From contig JBKPAK010000153.1 in assembly GCA_046726415.1 (NCBI GenBank), positions 1 through 27,378 on the forward strand: a stretch of 27,378 nt of DNA. Reading direction: 5' to 3'. Position 1 is the first letter of the stretch. Each line of letters starts with the position of its first letter. Position numbers and translations under genes: made by a program. Below the pieces are notes generated by a model, which did no database searches, had not been told where the DNA came from, and saw nothing but the letters and a program-made list of their open reading frames with translations. Source of the stretch: Candidatus Methylomirabilota bacterium. Its GTDB lineage: Bacteria; Methylomirabilota; Methylomirabilia; Rokubacteriales; CSP1-6. This document shows positions 1 through 6,811 of the stretch, one piece after another.

Positions 1-11
1 GCCGGAGAACG

Positions 12-140
12 AGCAGGCGGCTCAAAAAGGTCCAGATGCGAGGCGGCGCCCGACCGCCGCACGCGAGGCGTAGTCGCTCTACGTTGAGCGTGCGGCCGAG
101 GGCGCCAACGAAGCAGATGGGCCTTTTTCAGCGAGTTGCT
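12..140. repeat. Palindromic MITE/REPIN-like element, copy 1 (right end degenerate)
   Basis: 5..132 is identical to 142..269 (period 137). Left end is AGCAGGCGGCTCAAAAAGG, right end is CCTTTTTCAGCGAGTTGCT, with nested internal inverted repeats. Confidence 0.85.
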
Positions 141-148
141 CGAGAACG

Positions 149-277
149 AGCAGGCGGCTCAAAAAGGTCCAGATGCGAGGCGGCGCCCGACCGCCGCACG
201 CGAGGCGTAGTCGCTCTACGTTGAGCGTGCGGCCGAGGGCGCCAACGAAGCAGATGGGCCTTTTTCAGCCGCCTGCT
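149..277. repeat. Palindromic MITE/REPIN-like element, copy 2
   Basis: 28-nt imperfect terminal inverted repeats (AGCAGGCGGCTCAAAAAGGTCCAGATGC / GCAGATGGGCCTTTTTCAGCCGCCTGCT, 4 mismatches). Inner pairs are GGCGCCC/GGGCGCC, GCCGCACGC/GCGTGCGGC and CGTAG/CTACG. Confidence 0.88.
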
Positions 278-1172
278 ACGCGGTGCGCTCGCGCTCGCCG
301 AAGAGGCCGGTGGGCCGGAAGACCAGGAGGGCGATCAGGAGCAGGAAGCCGTAGAGGTCCTTGTAGGCCGCCGAGATGAACACCGAGCCCAGGGCCTCGA
401 TGACTCCCAGGAGCACGCCGGCGACGACACTGCCCAGGATGGAACCGAGCCCCCCGATGACGATGATCTCGAAGCCCTTGAAGGTCGAGATCGCGCCGTT
501 CTCCGGGTAGACGAGAAAGTCCGGGGCCAGCAGCGCCCCAGCGGCCGCCGCCAGGGCCACCCCGACGCCGAAGGCCACCATGTCGAGGCGCAGGACGTCC
601 ACTCCGGCCGTCTGGATGCCTACCCGATTCTGGGCGGCCCCCCGCAGCGCGCGGCCGATCCACGTCTTCTTGATCACCAGGAAGAACAGCCCGAGCAGCA
701 CCACTGTCCCGACCAGGGCCACGAAGCGGTTGCCCGAGATGGGCAGCGTGCCCAAGGTCACCGGCCTCGCGTAGTCGGGGGGGGCGTACTGGTTCGGCCC
801 ACCCACCACGATGGCGAGGTTCCGGAACAGAACCATCATGGCGATGGTGACGATGGTGGCGTACTCGTCGCGGCGCTCGATGCCGCCGATAAACATCGGG
901 CGGAGCAGCACCCGCTGAACGACCAGGCCCAGCAGGAACACCGACCCCATCGCCACGGGCAGGGCCAGCCACCAGCGGGACGGCCCCAGCGCGGTGACGA
1001 TGAGGGCGTACTGCACGTAGCTGCCGATCATGAAGAACTCGCCCATGGCCCAGTTGATCATCTTCATCACGCTGTAGATAAAGGTGATCCCCAGCGCCAT
1101 CAGGCTGTAGATGATCCCGATGACCACACCGGCCAGCAGATACTGGGAGAGGAGGACGCTGTCCACGGCCAA
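276..1172 (-). CDS. Branched-chain amino acid-type ABC transporter permease (LivH-like)
   Basis: Hydrophobic 298 aa protein with LivH-type motifs 'YSLMALGITFIYSVMKMINWAMGE', 'GRALRG..QN' and 'IIVIGGLGS'. The start may be GTG at 1166. Confidence 0.92.
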   Translation of the reverse strand: MAVDSVLLSQYLLAGVVIGIIYSLMALGITFIYSVMKMINWAMGEFFMIGSYVQYALIVTALGPSRWWLALPVAMGSVFLLGLVVQRVLLRPMFIGGIERRDEYATIVTIAMMVLFRNLAIVVGGPNQYAPPDYARPVTLGTLPISGNRFVALVGTVVLLGLFFLVIKKTWIGRALRGAAQNRVGIQTAGVDVLRLDMVAFGVGVALAAAAGALLAPDFLVYPENGAISTFKGFEIIVIGGLGSILGSVVAGVLLGVIEALGSVFISAAYKDLYGFLLLIALLVFRPTGLFGERERTA

Positions 1173-1185
1173 AGGCGCTCCGGCC

Positions 1186-2409
1186 TCAGCGCTTGGCGGG
1201 CATCCACTCCCCCGTCTTCAACTCCGGCGGGTACACGATCTTCACGTCGTTGAAGGACATCTCCGGCTTGGTGTACTGGGTCACCAGCATGGGCGGCGTC
1301 CACTGCTGCCAGTACGGGCCCTCGCCGCGGGTGAAGGTGATGGTGCCGTTCCACCCCTCGAACTTGTTGTTGAGCAGCGCCTTGACCAGATCCTCGCCCT
1401 TCTCGCTCTTGGCCGCGTTGATGGCATCGGCGAGGAGCGACACCTGGGCGTAGGCGTTGAACGCGCCGTAGATTGGTTCTTCCTTGAACTGCTCCATGTA
1501 CTTCTTGCGGAAGGCCTCCCCCCGGGCCGTGAGCTTCATGGTGGGGTGGTAGTACACGATGAACGAGATGAAGTTGCCCTTCTCGCCGAGGGTCTTCCAG
1601 TATTCGGGCCGCACCGGCACGTCGTAGGAGACGAGCATCGGCACCGCCGGGTAGAGCCCCACGTCGTACGCCTGCTTGATGATGAGATACACGGGCGTGC
1701 CCACGCCGCCGTTGAGGATCACGTCAGGCTTCCAGTTCTTGATGTCGAGCATCTGCGGCGTCAGATCCACCACCGCCCGGTCGAAGATGATCGTCTTCAG
1801 CTCGGCACCGGGGAGCATCGAGGCGAACGCCTTCTTCGTCTCCTCGACCAGGCCCATGCCGTAGTCCGTGTTCTCCGTGATCAGGGCGACGCGCTTGAAG
1901 CCCCGATCCTTGACCCAGCGCGTCCACATCTGGCAGCGATCGGGATCGATCACGTGGGTGCGGAACGTGTAGTTGAGGTGCTTCTCGGTGATGCCCTTGG
2001 CCGAGGCCTGGGTGGAGAAGACCGGGATCTGGAACTGCTCGGCCAGGACCTGCACCGCCCCCATCACCGAGCTGTGGAACTGGCCGACCACCGCCGCCAC
2101 CTGGTCCTGGGTGGCGAGCTTGCGGAAGCCCGCGGCGCCCTTCTCCGGCGTGCCGGAATCATCCTCGATCACCAGCTCGACCTTTCGGCCCCCGAGGACG
2201 CCACCCCGCGCGTTAATGTCCTCCATGGCCATCTTGGCGCCGCGCACGATGAACTGCCCCGCCGCCGCGTCGCCCGGCGGGGAGAGCGGGGTCAGCACGC
2301 CGATCTTGACCGGCTTCTGAGCGAGCGCGGGCGCGGCGAGGCCGGCGGGCAGCAACGTGAACGCGATCAGCAGCGCGACGAGCAGCGAGAACGCGAGTCG
2401 TCTCTTCAT
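1186..2409 (-). CDS. ABC transporter substrate-binding protein, LivJ/K (periplasmic binding protein type 1) family
   Basis: Sec signal ending ALA-Q. Motifs 'VKIGVLTPLS', 'INARGGVLGG..VELVIEDD' and 'ENTDYG'. GGAGG RBS upstream. Confidence 0.92.
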   Translation of the reverse strand: MKRRLAFSLLVALLIAFTLLPAGLAAPALAQKPVKIGVLTPLSPPGDAAAGQFIVRGAKMAMEDINARGGVLGGRKVELVIEDDSGTPEKGAAGFRKLATQDQVAAVVGQFHSSVMGAVQVLAEQFQIPVFSTQASAKGITEKHLNYTFRTHVIDPDRCQMWTRWVKDRGFKRVALITENTDYGMGLVEETKKAFASMLPGAELKTIIFDRAVVDLTPQMLDIKNWKPDVILNGGVGTPVYLIIKQAYDVGLYPAVPMLVSYDVPVRPEYWKTLGEKGNFISFIVYYHPTMKLTARGEAFRKKYMEQFKEEPIYGAFNAYAQVSLLADAINAAKSEKGEDLVKALLNNKFEGWNGTITFTRGEGPYWQQWTPPMLVTQYTKPEMSFNDVKIVYPPELKTGEWMPAKR

Positions 2410-2454
2410 GGGTGCCCTCCAGGAAGGCAGTTTGTTCGCCGCTGAAGTACCTGG

Positions 2455-2483
2455 ATGCTATGCGCGGGCCCCGCCAGCGTCAA
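2455..2483 (-). promoter_or_regulatory. Sigma70-like promoter of the ABC binding-protein gene
   Basis: Minus strand reads TTGACG-N17-TAGCAT, 46 nt upstream of the ATG at 2409. Confidence 0.65.
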
Positions 2484-2489
2484 CCGCGC

Positions 2490-3890
2490 TCACGGCAGCG
2501 ACATCTCCGGAGGCCTGGCCGGTGGGATCTCTTCGCTCATGAGGTCGCCGAGCCTCACCAGGCGGGCCGGGGGGCGGGCTTGCGGATACGCGAGATCGGC
2601 CAGTCCACACCCGCGTTCACGGGCAACCAGCTCGGCGAGAGCGCGCTGGCAATTGCGCCCCTGGCACGGCCCCATGGTGATGCGAGTGGCCGCCTTGAGG
2701 GCGTTGATACTGCCGAGTCCGCGGCTCAACCCCTCGAGCAGCTGCCCGGCCGTAATCTCTTCGCAGCGGCAGACGATCGTTTCCGGCGTGAGCAGTGAGA
2801 GGAAATCCCGAGGTGGAGCATAGAGCCGCTCGATCCCCGCCCGGAAGCGAGCGAGCCGGGACAGCCGCGCACGCAGGCGCCGCCCCACCGCCGCCGCCTC
2901 CAGGGAAGGGCAGCGTCCCAGGCGCTCGGCGACGAGGAGGCCACTGGCGCGCCCCTCCAGGAGCGCTGCCTCCACGCCGCCGATCCCTCCTCCATCGCCC
3001 ACAGCGAAGACGCCGGGTACGCTGGTCTCGAGGTTCGCCGAACGCCGCGGGATCCATCCCCCGCGTGCGGGATGCCATTCATGCTCGCAGCCGAAGAGAC
3101 GTGTCAGCTCGGTGGCCGGCGTCAGTCCGAACCCGACCGCGATCGTGTCGACGGGGATGGCGCGCGTCCGCGTGCGGTCGACGCGGCCGGAGCGATCGAT
3201 GGGCACCACCACGGCCTCGCTGACCTCTTCGCCACCTCGCGCTTCGATGATGGTCTGTCCCCAGCGCAGCGGAATGCCCGCCCGCGCGAGCCCCAACTGG
3301 TAGGCGAGGCCACGCCGGAGCAGCGCGGGTTCCATCGCGAGGGAGGGCAGCGACATCCAGGCGCGCCCGCGCGGCGCCGCCTCCAGCACTTCTACGACGG
3401 TGGCCCCGGCGCAGCGCAGCGAGTCGGCGACGACGAGAAGCAGCGGCCCGGTGCCGACCACGACCGCGCGGCGACCGGGCAATACGCCCTGGCTCTTGAG
3501 GAGGTTCTGGGTTCCGCCTGCCGTGATCACCCCTGGGAGCGTCCAGCCTGGAAACGGCACCGCGCGATCGGTCGCTCCGGCCGCCACGACGATCATCTCG
3601 GCCCGCAAACGGTCGCCGTGACCGGCGTGCGCGACGGCCAGCGTGTTCGCCTCGGGAACGCCCCACACGGTGGCGCCGGGGAGAAACGCCACGCGGGGAT
3701 GTGATGTGACCGAGAACAGCGGCGCGTCCCGCTGCGAGACTCGCATGGCCGGCCCCTGGCGAAAGTACTGGCCACCCGGCAAGGGGTTCTCGTCGAGCAG
3801 CACCACCGAGACACCGTGCCGGGCCGCCTCCAGAGCGGCGGCCAGGCCGGCGGGGCCGGCTCCGACAATGGCGAGCTCCGTCGTCCTCAG
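2490..3890 (-). CDS. FAD/NAD(P)-binding oxidoreductase with C-terminal BFD-like [2Fe-2S] domain (opine oxidase A / HcnB-like alpha subunit)
   Basis: GAGPAG Rossmann motif, 'AAGATDRAVPFPGWTLPGV', 'VCRCEEIT' and 'TRITMGPCQGRNC'. Start placed at a CTG overlapping the upstream stop; the track's 3980 start overlaps the ferredoxin gene. Confidence 0.88.
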   Translation of the reverse strand: MRTTELAIVGAGPAGLAAALEAARHGVSVVLLDENPLPGGQYFRQGPAMRVSQRDAPLFSVTSHPRVAFLPGATVWGVPEANTLAVAHAGHGDRLRAEMIVVAAGATDRAVPFPGWTLPGVITAGGTQNLLKSQGVLPGRRAVVVGTGPLLLVVADSLRCAGATVVEVLEAAPRGRAWMSLPSLAMEPALLRRGLAYQLGLARAGIPLRWGQTIIEARGGEEVSEAVVVPIDRSGRVDRTRTRAIPVDTIAVGFGLTPATELTRLFGCEHEWHPARGGWIPRRSANLETSVPGVFAVGDGGGIGGVEAALLEGRASGLLVAERLGRCPSLEAAAVGRRLRARLSRLARFRAGIERLYAPPRDFLSLLTPETIVCRCEEITAGQLLEGLSRGLGSINALKAATRITMGPCQGRNCQRALAELVARERGCGLADLAYPQARPPARLVRLGDLMSEEIPPARPPEMSLP

Positions 3891-4192
3891 CTGGCGACCA
3901 CCGTCATCCCGGCGACGGCCAGGGTCAGACACGTGCGCGCGCCGGGTTCGCCGTTCACCACCATGACGCATTCCCCGCACACGCCCATCGCGCAGTAGAC
4001 GCCGCGGGGCTCGCCGCGGAGCGCGGTCCGGCGCAGGGCGCGCCGTCCGGACGCCAAGAGGGCCGCCGCGATCGTCTCGCCCGGATAGGCCACCACCCGC
4101 TCGCCGTCGACGAGAAGCTCGAACGCCTTTCCGCGCTCGATCCCGGACACGCGGCGGTCGGACATGCGACGCTCGCCGCGGGCGGCGCTCAT
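3887..4192 (-). CDS. (2Fe-2S)-binding subunit (HcnA/OdhC-like, Fer2_4)
   Basis: 'AYPGETIAAALLA', 'PRGVYCAMGVCGECVM' and 'RTC'. ATGA overlap with the upstream gene. Confidence 0.9.
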   Translation of the reverse strand: MSAARGERRMSDRRVSGIERGKAFELLVDGERVVAYPGETIAAALLASGRRALRRTALRGEPRGVYCAMGVCGECVMVVNGEPGARTCLTLAVAGMTVVAS

Positions 4193-5313
4193 GTGAACCG
4201 GCCCGCGGCGAATGACGCGACTGACAGGGAGGTCTCGCCCGTGGCGACCAGCTCAGCCATGAGCCGGCCGAAGATCAGCCCCTGGGTCCAGCCGCCGCGG
4301 CAACACGCGGTGATGTACACGTGCTCCTGGCCGGGCAGGCGGCCGAAGAGGGGCAGCGAGTCCGGGGTCACGCCCTCGAAACCCGCCCAGCTTCGCACGA
4401 TGGCGAGCCGGCGCAGAGCGGGGACGACTTCAGCGGCCACGCGCAGGTTGTGAATCAAGGCCTCGTGGTCCAGCGCTTTCCGTCCGTCGGCGAGTGAGCC
4501 GCGGCCCTGCCACCCACCGCCGATCATGCACGTGCCGTTGGGGTATTGCTTCAAGGTGAGGATCCCGCGGACGTGCGTCACGATGCGATCCATGACGGAA
4601 GCCGCGGGCTCGGTGATGGTCAGCATGTTCACGTCGAGGCCTACGGGCAGCGGCACCCCGAGGTGGGCGGCCAGCTCGCCCGACCACGCGCCGGCGGCGA
4701 TCACCAGGCTCCGACACGCCACGGTTCCCCGGTCGGTCTCGACCCGCGCGCCTCTCGCATTCGCGGCCATCCCGCGCACCGCATGGCTGTCATAGAGCCG
4801 CCCACCGGCACGCCCAAAGGCGTCGACGAGGACCGGACCCGCCATCAGTGGGATGGCGAAGCCATCCGACTCCGAGAAGGTCGCCGCGACCACGGCTGGG
4901 CCGAGCCAGGGCGCGCGGGCGGTGAGGGCCCCACCGTCCAGCCACTCGGTGGCGAGCCCGACCGCTCGCTGCTCGGCCGCGGACGCCGCGAGCCGGGCGA
5001 CATCCTCGGTCGAGGTGGCCACGCGCAGGCCGCCACAGGGGACGAATCCCACATCGCCGCCGAACAATTCGCGAGCGCTCCGCCAGAGCTTGAGCGCCTC
5101 GAGCGTGAACGGCACGAGCGGCAGGCGCTTGTTCTGTACTCCGAGAGAGCCGGCATTGACGCCAGAGGCCTCGCGCCACGGCTCACCGCGGTCGACGATG
5201 ACGACCTCCTTGCCGGCCCGAGCGAGAAAGATGCCGGTGGTGAGACCCATGATCCCGGCGCCGACGATGACCACCTCGGCGTCGCGCGGCAAGGGTGTGC
5301 CCGGCGTGCCCAC
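4189..5313 (-). CDS. FAD-dependent D-amino acid oxidase family oxidoreductase (opine oxidase B / HcnC / SoxB-like catalytic subunit)
   Basis: 'VVIVGAGIMG', 'ASGVNAG' and 'RSWAGFEGVTPDSLP'. Start is probably GTG 5313 or TTG 5292; the track's extension to 6072 overlaps arsM. Confidence 0.88.
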   Translation of the reverse strand: MGTPGTPLPRDAEVVIVGAGIMGLTTGIFLARAGKEVVIVDRGEPWREASGVNAGSLGVQNKRLPLVPFTLEALKLWRSARELFGGDVGFVPCGGLRVATSTEDVARLAASAAEQRAVGLATEWLDGGALTARAPWLGPAVVAATFSESDGFAIPLMAGPVLVDAFGRAGGRLYDSHAVRGMAANARGARVETDRGTVACRSLVIAAGAWSGELAAHLGVPLPVGLDVNMLTITEPAASVMDRIVTHVRGILTLKQYPNGTCMIGGGWQGRGSLADGRKALDHEALIHNLRVAAEVVPALRRLAIVRSWAGFEGVTPDSLPLFGRLPGQEHVYITACCRGGWTQGLIFGRLMAELVATGETSLSVASFAAGRFT

Positions 5314-5336
5314 CTCATCACGATAGCGCGAGACGA

Positions 5337-6155
5337 CTACGCCGCGGGCGGCTTCCGCGCGCGGACAAACGCGCTCATGAACTTGCCATCCACCATCGGC
5401 GCGATGGCGTCGGCATCGAGCCCCTCGCGATCCCGCAGGAACTCGCGGGCATCCTCCGCGCGGTAGACGCGGGTGGGCTCGAGGTCGACCGCCTCGAAGC
5501 CCGCCTTGGCGAGCTTGGCGCGGTAGTCCTCGTGTTCCAGGGCGCCGGCGACGCAGCCGATCCACAACTCCACCTTGCGCCGGATCGCCGGTGGTACCTC
5601 GCCCCGCACGACGACATCGGATACCGCGAACCGGCCGCCCGGCTTGAGCACGCGGAACGCCTCGGCAAAGACGCGGTCCTTGTCCGCGGAGAGGTTGATC
5701 ACGCAGTTCGAGATGATGACGTCGACCGAGTTGTCGGGCAGCGGGATACTTTCGATCTCGCCCTTCAGGAACTCTGCGTTGGTGACGCCGGCCTTGCGCT
5801 GGTTCTCGCGCGCCAGGGCGAGCATCTCGTCGGTCATGTCGAGGCCATAGGCCTTGCCCGTCGGGCCGACGCGCTTCGCGGACAGCAACACATCGATGCC
5901 GCCACCGGAGCCGAGATCGAGCACGGTCTCCCCGGGAGCGAGCTCCGCCAGGGCCGTCGGGTTGCCGCAACCGAGCGACGCCAGCACGGCCTCCGGCGGA
6001 AGATCGGCGGTCTCCTGGCCATACAGATTCGAGGTGATCGGGTCGCACTCGCGCGACGAGGCGCTCCCGCAAGAACTGCCGCTCGCGCTCGCTACGCGCA
6101 ACGCGGCCTGGCCGTACTTTTCCCTCACGATGTCCTTGATCCGCTCATCGGCCAT
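5337..6155 (-). CDS. arsM: Arsenite S-adenosylmethionine methyltransferase
   Basis: 'SLGCGNP' (C63), SAM motif 'VLDLGSGGG', '[11 protein letters not shown]' (C151), 'WIGCVAGA' (C201) and N-terminal C29/C37. AAAGGAG RBS lies 8 nt before the ATG. Confidence 0.93.
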   Translation of the reverse strand: MADERIKDIVREKYGQAALRVASASGSSCGSASSRECDPITSNLYGQETADLPPEAVLASLGCGNPTALAELAPGETVLDLGSGGGIDVLLSAKRVGPTGKAYGLDMTDEMLALARENQRKAGVTNAEFLKGEIESIPLPDNSVDVIISNCVINLSADKDRVFAEAFRVLKPGGRFAVSDVVVRGEVPPAIRRKVELWIGCVAGALEHEDYRAKLAKAGFEAVDLEPTRVYRAEDAREFLRDREGLDADAIAPMVDGKFMSAFVRARKPPAA

Positions 6156-6197
6156 GTCATGCGCTCCTTTCGGCGTCCACTAGGCTCGTCCGCATAT

Positions 6198-6217
6198 TAG
6201 TTGTCAGATGCAACATA
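6198..6217. promoter_or_regulatory. Putative MarR operator upstream of arsM
   Basis: GTTG-TCAGATG-CAAC palindrome at 6200-6214, matching the site at 6733-6747. Confidence 0.65.
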
Positions 6218-6227
6218 GGGCCTGGAT

Positions 6228-6740
6228 TCAGGCCCCTCGCTTGACCGGCGCGGCGTCGGTGGTGCAGCCGGGGCTGGCGGTGGTGCAGCCGCGGCTGGCG
6301 GTGGTGAGGCGCTGGATGAGCTCGGCGGCCGACTCGCGCACTTCCTCGGGAAACTCGGCGAGCAGGCGCTTCTTCTCCTCGACGAGGTCGCCGAGGATCC
6401 GCTCCACCAGGCGCCGGCCTGCGGCCGTCGCGGTGAGCAGGAGCGCGCGGCGATCGCGCGGGTGCGGGGAGCGGGCGGCGTAGCCCTTTCGCTCGAGCGT
6501 CGCCACCACCCTGCTCGCCGTGCTCTTGTCCAGGCACAGCTCGGCGGCCAGCTCGTTGAGGGTGGACAGGCCACGTCGCAGGAGCGCATCGAGGGCGTAG
6601 CACTGCGTGACCGAGACGTCGTGGCAGCAGATCTGATCGCGGTCCCGAAACTGGTAGACGCGGACGAACTCGGAAAGCGCGTCCTGTAACTCTCTCGCCT
6701 GCCGCGTCAGGGTGGCGTCGTCGGCTCTCATGGTTGTCAT
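6228..6740 (-). CDS. Cys-rich MarR family transcriptional regulator (likely arsenic-responsive MarR-ars type)
   Basis: Winged HTH motifs 'LDKSTASRVVATLERKGY' and 'PRDRRALLLTATAAG'. 'ICCHDVSVTQC' Cys triad. Lies directly upstream of arsM. Confidence 0.88.
   Translation of the reverse strand: MTTMRADDATLTRQARELQDALSEFVRVYQFRDRDQICCHDVSVTQCYALDALLRRGLSTLNELAAELCLDKSTASRVVATLERKGYAARSPHPRDRRALLLTATAAGRRLVERILGDLVEEKKRLLAEFPEEVRESAAELIQRLTTASRGCTTASPGCTTDAAPVKRGA
6257..6306. repeat. 21-bp in-frame tandem repeat in the marR 3' end
   Basis: CGGTGGTGCAGCCG(G/C)GGCTGG x2 plus CGGTGGTG, encoding TTASRGC-TTASPGC-TT. Confidence 0.85.
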
Positions 6741-6775
6741 CAGCAACTATATTCCCTGCGTCGAGCCGACGTCAA
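6730..6775 (-). promoter_or_regulatory. marR promoter with overlapping autoregulatory operator
   Basis: Minus strand reads TTGACG (6775-6770)-N18-TATAGT (6751-6746). The palindrome ATGGTTG-TCATCAG-CAACTAT (6730-6750) covers the -10, the +1 and the start codon. Confidence 0.7.
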
Positions 6776-6811
6776 GCCCCTCCCCGCTGAGGGTGCTAGT
6801 CTGGTCGAGGC

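Noticed and set aside
5-277. CRISPR array interpretation of the tandem repeat
   Set aside because: Units are ~129 bp with no unique spacers, and no cas genes are present.
36-379. Small ORFs 36..224 and 173..379 with identical N-termini
   Set aside because: They are translations of the repeat element, with no RBS and no protein-like features.
1111-2445. Long antisense or alternate-frame ORFs (also 6712..8142, 6740..8083, 9768..11405, 11632..12840, 18094..20118, 21605..22804 and 23923..25851)
   Set aside because: These are shadow ORFs expected in high-GC DNA. They overlap well-supported genes and have no recognisable motifs.
2490-5313. Hydrogen cyanide synthase hcnABC
   Set aside because: The families are the same, but the gene order differs from hcnA-B-C and specificity cannot be read from motifs, so no symbol was assigned.
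4189-6072. 627-aa apparent fusion ORF (likewise the long N-terminal extensions of 8962..10500, 19980..21671, 20963..22915 and 25498..26967)
   Set aside because: The extensions are Arg/Gly/Pro-rich off-frame reads through neighbouring genes. Internal starts with an RBS or stop overlap fit the domain boundaries.
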